From NCBI GenBank assembly GCA_964016885.1, contig OZ024748.1, forward strand, positions 42,656,001-42,720,000: a stretch of DNA of 64,000 nucleotides. The letters are read 5' to 3'. The stretch's first letter is position 1. Each line of letters starts with the position of its first letter. Both the position numbers and the translations under genes were made by a program. Origin of the DNA: Eledone cirrhosa. Lineage: Eukaryota. Below the pieces are notes generated by a model, which did not search any database, had not been told where the DNA came from, and saw nothing but the letters and a program-made list of their open reading frames with translations. This document shows, piece by piece, positions 38,001 to 51,235 of this stretch.

Positions 38001-41000
38001 ACAGTCTATAGGTCAGTGTCACCTCAGCTTAGCAGTGACAACATACCTCTGACCCTCAACAATCTATAGGTCAGTGTCACCTTAACTTAGCAGTGACAAC
38101 ATACATCTGACCGTCCACAATCTATAGGTCAGTGTCACCTTAGCTTGGCAGTGACAACATACCTCTGACACTCAGCAATCTATAGGTCAGTGTCACCTTA
38201 ACTTAGCAGTGACAACATACATCTCACCCTCAACAATTTATTGGTCAGTGTCACCTTAACTTAGCAGTGACAACATACCTCTCACCCTTAACAGTCTATA
38301 GGTAAGTGTCACCTTAGCTTAGCAGTGACAACATACCTCAGATCCTCAACAGTCTATAGGTCAGTGTCACCTTAGCTTAGCAGTGACAACATACCTCTGA
38401 CTCCCAACAATCTATAGGTCAGTGTCACCTTAGCTTAGCAGTGATAACATACCTCTGACCCTCAACAATTTATAGGTCAGTGTCACCTTTGCTTAGCAGT
38501 GACAACATACCTCTGAACCTCAACAATTTATAGGTCAGTGTCACCTTAACTTAGTAGTGACAACATACCTCTGACCCTCAACAATCTATAGATCAGTGTC
38601 ACCTTTACTTAGCAGTGACAACATACCTCTGACCCTCAACAATCTATACGTCAGTGTCACCTTAGCTTAGCAGTGACAACATAACTCTGATCCTCAACAG
38701 TCTATAGGTCAGTGTCACCTTAACTTAGCAGTGACAACATACCTCTGACCTTCTACAGTCTATAGGTCAGTGTCACCTCAGCTTAGCAGTGACAACATAC
38801 CTCTGACCCTCAACAATCTATAGGTCAGTGTCACCTTTACTTAGCAGTGACAACATACCTCTGACCCTGAACAATCTATAGGTCAGTGTCACCTTAACTT
38901 AGCAGTGACAACATACCTCTGACCCTCAACAATCTATAGGTCAGTGTCACCTTAACTTAGCAGTGACAACATACCTCTGACCCTCAACAATCTATAGGTC
39001 AGTGTCACCTTAGCTTAGTAGTGACAACATAATTCTGACCCTCAACAATCTATAGGTCAGTGTCACCTTTGCTTAGCAGTGACAACATACCTCTGACCCT
39101 CAACAATCTATAGGGCAGTATCACCTTAGCTTAGCAGTGACAACATACCTCTGACCCTCAACAATTTATAGGTCAGTGTCACCTTTACTTAGCAGGGACA
39201 ACATACCTCTGACCCTCAACAATTTATAGGTCAGTGTCTTCTTTGCTTAGCAGTGACAACATACCTCTGACCCTCAACAGTCTGTAGGTCAGTGTCACCT
39301 TTGCTTAGCAGTGACAACATACCTGTGACTCAACAATCTATAGGTCAGTCTCACCTTAGATTAGCAGTGACAACATACCTCTGACCCTCAACAGTCTATA
39401 GGTCAGTGTCACCTTAGCTTAGCAGTGACAACATACCTCTCACTCTCAACAGTCTATAGGTAAGTGTCACCTTAGCCGAGCAGTGACAAAATACCTCTGA
39501 TCCTCAACAGTCTATAGGTCAGTGTAACCTTAACTTAGCAATGACAACATACCTCTGACCTTCAACAGTCTATAGGTCAGTGTCACCTTAGCTTAGCAGT
39601 GACAACATACCTCTGACCCTCAACAATCTATAGGTCAGTGTCACCTTAACTTAGCAGTGACAACATACCTCTGACCCTCAACAATCTATAGGTCAGTGTC
39701 ACCTTAACTTAGCAGTGACAACATACCTCTGACACTCAACAATCTATAGGTCAGTGTCACCTTAACTTAGCAGTGACAACATACCTCTGACCCTCAACAG
39801 TCTGTAGGTCAGTGTCACCTTAACGTAGAAGTGACAACATACCTCTGACCCTCAATAATCAATATGTCAGTGTCACCTTAGCTTAGCAGTGACAACATAC
39901 CTCTGACCCTCAACAATTTATAGGTCAGTGTCACCTTTCCTTAGCAGTGACAACATACCTCTTACCCTCAACAATCTATAGGTCAGTGTCACCTTAACTT
40001 AGCAGTGACAACATACATCTCACCCTCAACAATTTATTGGTCAGTGTCACCTTAACTTAGCAGTGACAACATACATCTCACCCTCAACAATTTATTGGTC
40101 AGTGTCACCTTAACTTAGCAGTGACAACATACCTCTCACCCTCAACAGTCTATAGGTAAGTGTCACCTTAGCTTAGCAGTGACAACATACCTCTGATCCT
40201 CAACAGTCTATAGGTCAGTGTCACCTTAGCTTAGCATTGATAACATAACTCTGACTCTCAACAGTCTATAGGTCAGTGTCACCTTAACGTAGCAGTGACA
40301 ACATACCTCTGACCCTCAACAATTTATAGGTCAGTGTCACCTTTGCTTAGCAGTGACAACATACCTGTGACTCAACAATCTATAGGTCAGTCTCACCTTA
40401 GCTTAGCAGTGACAACATACCTCTCACCCTCAACAGTCTATAGGTCAGTGTCACCTTAGCTTAGCAGTGACAACATACCTCTCACCCTCAACAGTCTATA
40501 GGTAAGTGTCACCTTAGCCGAGCAGTGACAAAATACCTCTGATCCTCAACAGTCTATAGGTCAGTGTAACCTTAACTTAGCAATGACAACATACCTCTGA
40601 CCTTCAACAGTCTATAGGTCAGTGTCACCTTAGCTTAGCAGTGACAGCATACCTCTGACCCTCAACAATTTATAGGTCAGTGTCACCTTTGCTTAGCAGT
40701 GACAACATACCTCTGACCCTCAACAATTTATAGGTCAGTGTCACCTTTGCTTAGCAGTGACAACATACCTCTGACCCTGAACAATCTATAGGTCAGTGTC
40801 ACCTTAACTTAGCAGTGACAACATACCTCTGACCCTCAACAATCTATAGGTCAGTGTCACCTTAGCTTAGCAGTGACAACATACCTCTGACCCTCAACAA
40901 TCTATAGGTCAGTGTCACCTTAACTTAGCAGTGACAACATACCTCTGACCCTCAACAATCTATAGGTCAGTGTCACCTTAGCTTAGTAGTGACAACATAA

Positions 41001-44000
41001 TTCTGACCCTCAACAATCTATAGGTCAGTGTCACCTTTGCTTAGCAGTGACAACATACCTCTGACCCTCAACAATTTATAGGTCAGTGTCACCTTTACTT
41101 AGCAGGGACAACATACCTCTGACTCTCAACAATTTATAGGTCAGTGTCATCTTTGCTTAGCAGTGACAACATACCTCTGACCCTCAACAGTCTGTAGGTC
41201 AGTGTCACCTTTGCTTAGCAGTGACAACATACCTGTGACTCAACAATCTATAGGTCAGTCTCACCTTAGATTAGCAGTGACAACATACATCTGACCCTCA
41301 ACAGTCTATAGGTCAGTGTCACCTTAGCTTAGCAGTGACAACATACCTCTCACCCTCAACAGTCTATAGGTAAGTGTCACCTTAGCCGAGCAGTGACAAA
41401 ATACCTCTGATCCTCAACAGTCTATAGGTCAGTGTAACCTTAACTTAGCAATGACAACATACCTCTGACCTTCAACAGTCTATAGGTCAGTGTCACCTGA
41501 GCTTAGCAGTGACAACATACCTCTGACCCTCAACAATCTATAGGTCAGTGTCACCTTAACTTAGCAGTGACAACATACCTCTGACCCTCAACAATCTATA
41601 GGTCAGTGTCACCTTAACTTAGCAGTGACAACATACCTCTGACACTCAACAATCTATAGGTCAGTGTCACCTTAACTTAGCAGTGACAACATACCTCTGA
41701 CCCTCAACAGTCTGTAGGTCAGTGTCACCTTAACGTAGAAGTGACAACATACCTCTGACCCTCAATAATCAATATGTCAGTGTCACCTTTGCTTAGCAGT
41801 GACAACATACCTCTGACCCTCAACAATCTATACGTCAGTGTCACCTTAGCTTAGCAGTGACAACATACCTCTGACCCTCAACAATTTATAGGTCAGTGTC
41901 ACCTTTGCTTAGCAGTGACAACATACCTCTGACCCTCAACAATCTATAGGTCAGTGTCACCTTAACTTAGCAGTGACAACATACATCTCACCCTCAACAA
42001 TTTATTGGTCAGTGTCACCTTAACTTAGCAGTGACAACATACCTCTCACCCTCAACAGTCTATAGATAAGTGTCACCTTAGCTTAGCAGTGACAACATAC
42101 CTCTGATCCTCAACAGTCTATAGGTCAGTGTCACCTTAGCTTAGCATTGACAACATAACTCTGACTCTCAACAGTCTATAGGTCAGTGTCACCTTAACGT
42201 AGCAGTGACAACATACCTCTGACCCTCAACAATTTATAGGTCAGTGTCACCTTTGCTTAGCAGTGACAACATACCTGTGACTCAACAATCTATAGGTCAG
42301 TCTCACCTTAGCTTAGCAGTGACAACATACCTCTCACCCTCAACAGTCTATAGGTCAGTGTCACCTTAGCTTAGCAGTGACAACATACCTCTCACCCTCA
42401 ACAGTCTATAGGTCAGTGTCACCTTAGCTTAGCAGTGACAACATACCTCTCACCCTCAACAGTCTATAGGTAAGTGTCACCTTAGCCGAGCAGTGACAAA
42501 ATACCTCTGATCCTCAACAGTCTATAGGTCAGTGTAACCTTAACTTAGCAATGACAACATACCTCTGACCTTCAACAGTCTATAGGTCAGTGTCACCTTA
42601 GCTTAGCAGTGACAGCATACCTCTGACCCTCAACAATTTATAGGTCAGTGTCACCTTTGCTTAGCAGTGACAACATACCTCTGACCCTCAACAATTTATA
42701 GGTCAGTGTCACCTTTGCTTAGCAGTGACAACATACCTCTGACCCTCAACAATTTATAGGTCAGTGTCACCTTTGCTTAGCAGTGACAACATACCTCTGA
42801 CCCTCAACAATCTATAGGTCAGTGTCACCTTTACTTAGCAGTGACAACATACCTCTGACCCTCAACAATCTATAGGTCAGTGTCACCTTAACTTAGGAGT
42901 GACAATATACCTGTGACCCTCAACAATCTATAGGTCAGTGTCACCTTAACTTAGTAGTGACAACATACCTCTGACCCTCAATAATCAATATGTCAGTGTC
43001 AGCTTAACTTAGCAGTGACAACATACCTCTGACCCTCAACAATCTATAGGTCAGTGTCACCTTAACTTAGCAGTGACAACATACCTCTGACCCTCAATAA
43101 TCAATATGTCAGTGTCACCTTAACTTAGCAGTGACAACATACATCTCACCCTCAACAGTTTAGTGGTCAGTGTCACCTTAACTTAGCAGTGACAACATAC
43201 CTCTCACCCTCAACAATCTATAGGTCAGTGTCACCTTAACTTAGCAGTGACAACATACCTCTGACCCTCAACAGTCTGTAGGTCAGTGTCACCTTAACGT
43301 AGAAGTGACAACATACCTCTGACACTCAATAATCAATATGTCAGTGTCACCTTTGCTTAGCAGTGACAACATACCTCTGACCCTCAACAATCTATACATC
43401 AGTGTCATCTTAGCTTAGCAGTGACAACATACCTCTGACCCTCAACAATTTATAGGTCAGTGTCACCTTTGCTTAGCAGTGACAACATACCTCTGACCCT
43501 CAACAATCTATAGGTCAGTGTCACCTTAACTTAGCAGTGACAACATAAATCTGACACTCAATAATCTATAGGTCAGTGTCACCTTAACTTAGCAGTGACA
43601 ACATACATCTCACCCTCAACAATTTATTGGTCAGTGTCACCTTAACTTAGCAGTGACAACATACCTCTCACCCTCAACAGTCTATAGGTAAGTGTCACCT
43701 TAGCTTAGCAGTGACAACATACCTCTGATCCTCAACAGTCTATAGGTCAGTGTCACCTTAGCTTAACAGTGACAACATAACTCTGACTCTCAACAGTCTA
43801 TAGGTCAGTGTCACCTTAACGTAGAAGTGACAACATACCTCTGACCCTCAACAGTCTATAGGTCTGTCTCAGCTTAGCTTAGCAGTCACAACATACCTCT
43901 GACCCTCAACAATTTATAGGTCAGTGTCATCTTTGCTTAGCAGTGACAACATACCTCTGACCCTCAACAATTTATAGGTCGGTGTCACCTTTGCTTAGCA

Positions 44001-47000
44001 GTGACAACATACCTGTGACTCAACAATCTATAGGTCAGTCTCACCTTAGCTTAGCAGTGACAACATACCTCTGACCCTCAACAGTCTATAGGTCAGTGTC
44101 ACCTTAGCTTAGCAGTGACAACATACCTCTCACCCTCAACAGTCTATAGGTAAGTGTCACCTTAGCCGAGCAGTGACAAAATGCCTCTGATCCTCAACAG
44201 TCTATAGGTCAGTGTAACCTTAACTTAGCAATGACAACATACCTCTGACCTTCAACAGTCTATAGGTCAGTCTCTCCTGAGCTTAGCAGTGACAACATAC
44301 CTCTGACCCTCAACAACCTATAGGTCAGTGTCACCTTAGCTTAGCAGTGACAACATACCTCTGACCCTCAACAATCTATAGGTCAGTGTCACCTTAACTT
44401 AGCAGTGACAACATACCTCTGACACTCAACAATCTATAGGTCAGTGTCACCTTAACTTAGCAATGACAACATACCTCTGACCCTCAACAATCTATAGGTC
44501 AGTGTCACCTTTACTTAGCAGTGACAACATACCTCTGACCCTCAACAATCTATACGTCAGTGTCACCTTAGCTTAGCAGTGACAACATACCTCTGACCCT
44601 TAACAATTTATAGGTCAGTGTCACCTTTGCTTAGCAGTGACAACATACCTCTGACCCTCAACAATCTATAGGTCAGTGTCACCTTAACTTAGCAGTGACA
44701 ACATAACTCTGACACTCAATAATCTATAGGTCAGTGTCACCTTAACTTAGCAGTGACAACATACATCTCACCCTCAACAATTTATAGGTCAGTGTCATCT
44801 TTGCTTAGCAGTGACAACATACCTCTGACCCTCAACAATTTATAGGTCAGTGTCACCTTTGCTTAGCAGTGACAACATACCTGTGACTCAACAATCTATA
44901 GGTCAGTCTCACCTTAGCTTAGCAGTGACAACATACCTCTGACCCTCAACAGTCTATAGGTCAGTGTCACCTTAGCTTAGCAGTGACAACATACCTCTCA
45001 CCCTCAACAGTCTATAGGTAAGTGTCACCTTAGCCGAGCAGTGACAAAATACTTCTGATCCTCAACAATTTATAGGTCAGTGTCACCTTAACTTAGCAGT
45101 GACAACATACCTCTGACCTTCAACAGTCTATAGGTCAGTGTAACCTTTGCTTAGCAGTGACAACATACCTCTGACCCTCAACAATCTATAGGTCAGTGTC
45201 ACCTTAACTTAGCAGTGACAACATACCTCTGACACTCAACAATCTATAGGTCAGTGTCACCTTAACTTAGCAGTGACAACATACCTCTGACCCTCAACAA
45301 TCTATAGGTCAGTGTCACGTTTACTTAGCAGTGACAACATACCTCTGACCCTCAACAATCTATAGGTCAGTGTCACCTTAGCTTAGCAGTGACAACATAC
45401 CTCTGACCCTCAACAATCTATAGGTCAGTGTCACCTTTACTTAGCAGTGACAACATACCTCTGACCCTCAACAATCTATAGGTCAGTGTCACCTTTACTT
45501 AGCAGTGACAACATACCTCTGACCCTCAACAATCTATAGGTCAGTGTCACCTTTACTTAGCAGTGACAACATACCTCTGACACTCAACAATTTATAGGTC
45601 AGTGTCACCTTTGCTTAGCAGTGACAACATACCTCTGACCCTCAACAATTTATAGGTCAGTGTCACCTTTGCTTAGCAGTGACAACATACCTCTGACCCT
45701 CAACAATTTATAGGTCAGTGTCACCTTTGCTTAGCAGTGACAACATACCTCTGACCCTCAACAATCTATAGGTCAGTGTCACCTTAACTTAGCAGTGACA
45801 ACATACCTCTGACCCTCAACAATCTATAGGTCAGTGTCACCTTAACTTAGCAGTGACAACATACCTCTGACCCTCAACAATCTATAGGTCAGTGTCACCT
45901 TAACTTAGCGGTGACAACATACCTCTGACCCTCAATAATCAATATGTCAGTGTCACCTTAACTTAGCAGTGACAACATACCTCTGACCCTCAACAGTCTA
46001 TAGGTCAGTGTCGCCTTAACTTAGGAGTGACAATATACCTGTGATCCTCAACAATCTATAGGTCAGTTTCACCTTAACTTAGCAGTGACAACATACATCT
46101 GACCCTCAACAATCTATAGGTCAGTGTCACCTTTACTTAGCAGTGACAACATACCTCTGACCCTCAAAAATCTATACGTCAGTGTCACCTTTGCTTAGCA
46201 GTGACAGCATACCTCTGACCCTCAACAATTTATAGGTCAGTGTCACCTTTGCTTAGCAGTGACAACATACCTCTGACACTCAACAATTTATAGGTCAGTG
46301 TCACCTTTGCTTAGCAGTGACAACATACCTCTGACCCTCAACAATCTATAGGTCAGTGTCACATTTACTTGGCAGTAACAACATACCTCTGACACTCAAC
46401 AATCTATAGGTCAGTGTCACCTTAACTTAGCAGTGACAACATACCTCTGACCCTCAACAATCTATAGGTCAGTGTCACTTAACTTAGCAGTGACAATATA
46501 CCTGTGACCCTCAACAGTCTATAGGTCAGTGTCACCTTAGCTTAGTAGTGACAACATACCTCTGACCCTCAACAGTCTATAGGTCAGTGTCACCTTTGCT
46601 TAGCAGTGACAACATACCTCTGACCCTCAACAATCTATAGGTCAGTGTCACTTAACTTAGCAGTGACAATATACCTGTGACCCTCAACAGTCTATAGGTC
46701 AGTGTCACCTTAGCTTAGTAGTGACAACATACCTCTGACCCTCAACAGTCTATAGGTCAGTGTCACCTTTGCTTAGCAGTGACAACATACCTCTGACCCT
46801 CAACAATCTATAGGTCAGTGTCACCTTAGCTTAGCAGTGACAACATACCTCTGACCCTCAATAATCTATAGGTCAGTGTCACCTTAACTTAGCAGTGACA
46901 ACATACTTCTGACCCTCAACAGTCTATAGGTCAGTGTCACCTTAACTTAGCAGTGACAACATACCTCTGACCCTCAATAATCTATAGGTCAGTGTCACCT

Positions 47001-47635
47001 TAACTTAGCAGTGACAACATACCTCTGACCCTCAACAGTCTATAGGTCAGTGTCACCTTAACGTAGAAGTGACAACATACCTCTGACCCTCAATAATCCA
47101 TAGGTCAGTGTCACCTTAACTTAGCAGTGACAACATACCTCTGACCCTCAATAATCCATAGGTCAGTGTCACCTTAACGTAGAAGTGACAACATACCTCT
47201 GACCCTCAATAATCAATATGTCAGTGTCACCTTTGCTTAGCAGTGACAACACACCTCTGACCCTCAATAATCAATATGTCATTGTCACCTTAACGTAGAA
47301 GTGACAACATACCTCTGACCCTCAATAATCAATATGTCAGTGTCACCTTTACTTAGCAGTGACAACATACCTCTGACCCTCAACAGTCTGTAGGTCAGTG
47401 TCACCTTAGCTTAGCAGTGACAACATACCTCTGACCCTCAATAATCAATATGTCAGTGTCACCTTTGCTTAGCAGTGACAACATACCTCTGACCCTCAAT
47501 AATCAATATGTCAGTGTCACCTTAACGTCGAAGTGACAACATACCTCTGACCCTCAACAATCAATATGTCAGTGTCACCTTAACTTAGCAGTGACAACAT
47601 ACATCTGACCCTCAACAATCATTATATCAGTCTCA
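23020..47635. repeat. 58-bp satellite array, about 24.6 kb and about 420 monomers (GTGACAACATACCTCTGACCCTCAACAATCTATAGGTCAGTGTCACCTTAACTTAGCA)
   Basis: Uninterrupted head-to-tail monomers, degenerate at the left edge, with occasional 56/57/59-bp units. Confidence 0.99.
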
Positions 47636-47784
47636 GTGTAAAATACTTGTGAAGTTTGTTATTTATATTTTAGATAACTTTACTAGGATCTCCCCCGTTC
47701 GATAGTCTGTAGTCTTATCTACGATTCTTCTATATTAATCAGCTTCTCTAAATTAGATTCTTACCAATCTTTTTTATCACGATG

Positions 47785-47858
<74 letters not shown>

Positions 47859-48054
47859 GATAAATCTACCAAGAGTTTACGGTAGTGTCCAATCCGTATG
47901 AAGAACTCAATGTAATCCGGATATCATGGAAAGAAGAGATGCAATGAAAAATCACTTTCGGTGAAAGATAAACGGAATACAGAGTCAAGATAAAATATTA
48001 AAAAAATAATGAATAAAACAATGAAACAGTTCCTTATATTAAACAAAAAAAGTT

Positions 48055-48205
48055 CATTATTTAACGATCGTTTCTAGGATATATATGTGTTAGAATTGGC
48101 ATGCATATTCAACAGATCTATGTACAAAATTATACAAAATTATACAAACTATCAAAATTAAATATACATACCAAACACATATATATGCCGTCTTCAGAAA
48201 TAATG
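48055..48205 (-). ncRNA. Type I hammerhead ribozyme with long stem II and palindromic stem III
   Basis: Minus strand: CATTATTT-CTGAAGA-[about 115 nt with ATATATATGTGTT/AACACATATATAT pairing]-GAAA-CGATCG-TT-AAATAATG. 8-bp stem I and predicted GUU cleavage triplet. Confidence 0.7.
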
Positions 48206-48814
48206 AAATATATTTATTGATAATAACAACAATTCAAAATTTCAGGTCCGTTTGGGAACAGAGTTCAAATTGACCAATGAAAATACAAAAAATTTTATGC
48301 AGTTTGGTGTGTGTATATACATGTAATTAACTTCGTACACATATTTACATAAAGATATATGTTCACATGCATACGCATGCCAAAAAGATGTATGCAAATA
48401 CAAAAATTCAAGGCTAATGTCTCTGTAAGTCTATAATCCACAGACAAAATGCGTATAGACACATAAATATGAAATAAACATATACACACATTCATATACT
48501 CACACATATTCGTACACTCACACACACACGCGCGTATATGCATAAACATACACATAACTACGAACATACATACACACACACACCTCCACACACATATATA
48601 TGTGTGCATATAGTATTACCATAAGCATATGGACATTAATGCACGCACATAAACACTGCCACACACATTTAGATCAGGATACAGAAATTAGGTGGGAGGG
48701 GGGGAGAGGTCAGTATTCAACGGTTTCGGCAGACTGCCTATTTATAGATGTATCAATAAACTTAGAAATAAAAAGAAAAGAAAAAGAAAAAAGAAAAAAG
48801 AAATATATCAAGAA

Positions 48815-48851
<37 letters not shown>

Positions 48852-49096
48852 CCACACATACACACACACACACACACATATATATATACATATACATATA
48901 TATATACACATATATACACACATACATATATATATATACACATACATATACACATATATACACACACATATATACACACACATATATATATATTCACATA
49001 TACATACACACACATATATATATACAAACAAGTAAAATATAAAGTATACATCGATATACATACAACTCTAATAAATATTAATAATAAAACTCCTAA

Positions 49097-51235
49097 AAAA
49101 GTCTAAAAAAGTCTAAAAAAATCCATGTCCACTCGGACAAAACTGGTAACTTGTATCACATGGATATTGAAGATTATAATGATTTCATATATAAAGAACT
49201 CAGGAAAAATTATAAAAAATCTAATAATGCGTCACTCACCAACATCAACAACAAAACACACAACATAGTAAAAAAACTAAACATTGAAGATAGAACTGAA
49301 CCTTTGGCATTGAAAAGACCACACTTCAACCTGAAGGATCATAAATCAAACTTTAACTCAAATCCTTCTATAAGACTTATATGTCCCTCCAAATCAGATA
49401 TTGGAATAATTAGCAAAAAAATTTTGGATAGAGTCATCCCACAAATAAGAAAACACGTTATTTTACCACTCTGGGAAAACACTTCCCAGGTAATTAACTG
49501 GTTTAAAAATATTAGATGTAAATCTTCTGCTTCATTTCTACAATTTGATATAGATAATTACTATTCTTCTATATCACCTATACTCCTGAACAAAGCATTG
49601 ATATTTGCTAAAAATAGATCTAACTTAACTTTGGATGACATTAATATTATTACACATGCTAGACTAACACTTATTGAATTTCAGAATGAATACTGGACCA
49701 GAAACACATATAGTAATCTATTTGATATTACTATGGGTTCAAGCGATTCCGCCCAAATTACTGATCTTGTGGGCCTCTTTCTCCTTTTCAACATAAGTGC
49801 CTCCTTTCCCCACCTTAAAGGTGGTTTATATCGTGATGACTGTCTTCTTCTTTCCAACAACCTTAGCCTTTCAGAAATAGAAAAAAACAAAAAGCATATT
49901 AGAACTTTCCTTAAAGACTATTATAGTCTTCATATTACTTTTGAAAAAACAAGTAAAGTAGTAAATTTCCTAGATATAACTTTAGACTTAGCTACGGGTA
50001 TCTACCAACCTTACCATAAACCCAACCAAAACTTACATTACATACACTCACAATCTAATCACCCTAAATCTATCCTTAAAAACCTTGCATATAATATATC
50101 ACTTAGAATTTCTAACCTTTCTTCTAACCAAGATGTATTTGATAAAAATGCGACCTTCTATAACGAAGCTCTAGATAGAAGTGGCCACAAAAATAGATTA
50201 GAATATATACCTTCTACTAAAAATACTAAAAACATACAACCTAATATTACCAACAAACACCAAATGAAAAGTACACACCTAAATGCCACCCACACTATAC
50301 CCCAAAATACCAAATCTTCTAATATAAAATATAGTAACTCTCAAAAAACTACTCATCATACAACTCTAATAAATATTAATAATAAAACTCCTAATAAAAA
50401 AGATAAAACACCTAAATCTACAAATATAACTAAAAATGGTTGTGGTGAGATCATTAACATTAATCCTCCTAGTAAACATCACGATACAACCTATAAAAAT
50501 AATAAAAATAATAAACAACATAGAAACCGTAATAGACGGGTTACTTGGTATAATGCTCCATTTAATTTACAAATTAAGGATAATATTGCTAAAAAAATTT
50601 TTTATATCCTAGAGAAAAACTTCCCGCCAAACCACAAATACCATCAAATCTTAAATAGGTCTACAGTTAAATTCTCATACTCAACAACAAATAACATAAA
50701 ACAAAATATAAGTGCCTATAATGCATATAAATGTAAGAAAACCATAAGTATACCACCAATACATCAAACTAACCATAATATCTCCTCAAATACAGAATTA
50801 ACGAAAGGTTGTAACTGTAGAAACAAAGCAAACTGCCCATTAAAAGGAAATTGTCTTGTTAACAACATAGTTTATAAATGTAATGTTAAAACTAAAGATT
50901 CTATTTGCTCATATATAGGAGCTACTTCTAACAATTTTAAGACAAGGTTTAATACCCACAAACATAGTTTTAAAAATGCCGCACTGGCTAATACAACATC
51001 TCTAGCAGAAAAAATCAATAGTTATAAAAATAAGAATATAGAATATGATTTGACCTGGAGTGTGCTCAAAAGAGCCACCCCTTATCAAAATAATAGAAAT
51101 GAATGTAGATTATGTTCCCAAGAACTATTTGAAATAATGAAATCTAAGGATATCCTATTAAATAAACGACAGGAATTAATTATATCGTGTAATCATAAAC
51201 TAAAAAAAACATTTAAATATTATAAACCTAATTAA
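49097..51235 (+). CDS. Penelope-like retroelement ORF, 5'-truncated: RT plus C-terminal GIY-YIG endonuclease
   Basis: Open from 49097 (..HSDKTGNLY..). Motifs FDIDNYYSSI, TMGSSDSAQI, LYRDD, VNFLD, CNCRNKANCPLKGNC, IVY..YIG, CRLC...CNH. No internal stops over about 710 codons. Confidence 0.93.
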   Translation, partial: KSLKKSKKIHVHSDKTGNLYHMDIEDYNDFIYKELRKNYKKSNNASLTNINNKTHNIVKKLNIEDRTEPLALKRPHFNLKDHKSNFNSNPSIRLICPSKSDIGIISKKILDRVIPQIRKHVILPLWENTSQVINWFKNIRCKSSASFLQFDIDNYYSSISPILLNKALIFAKNRSNLTLDDINIITHARLTLIEFQNEYWTRNTYSNLFDITMGSSDSAQITDLVGLFLLFNISASFPHLKGGLYRDDCLLLSNNLSLSEIEKNKKHIRTFLKDYYSLHITFEKTSKVVNFLDITLDLATGIYQPYHKPNQNLHYIHSQSNHPKSILKNLAYNISLRISNLSSNQDVFDKNATFYNEALDRSGHKNRLEYIPSTKNTKNIQPNITNKHQMKSTHLNATHTIPQNTKSSNIKYSNSQKTTHHTTLININNKTPNKKDKTPKSTNITKNGCGEIININPPSKHHDTTYKNNKNNKQHRNRNRRVTWYNAPFNLQIKDNIAKKIFYILEKNFPPNHKYHQILNRSTVKFSYSTTNNIKQNISAYNAYKCKKTISIPPIHQTNHNISSNTELTKGCNCRNKANCPLKGNCLVNNIVYKCNVKTKDSICSYIGATSNNFKTRFNTHKHSFKNAALANTTSLAEKINSYKNKNIEYDLTWSVLKRATPYQNNRNECRLCSQELFEIMKSKDILLNKRQELIISCNHKLKKTFKYYKPN

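Noticed and set aside
23020-47635. CRISPR-like array (palindromic repeat units)
   Set aside because: There are no unique spacers, the whole 58-mer repeats, no cas genes are present, and the context is eukaryotic.
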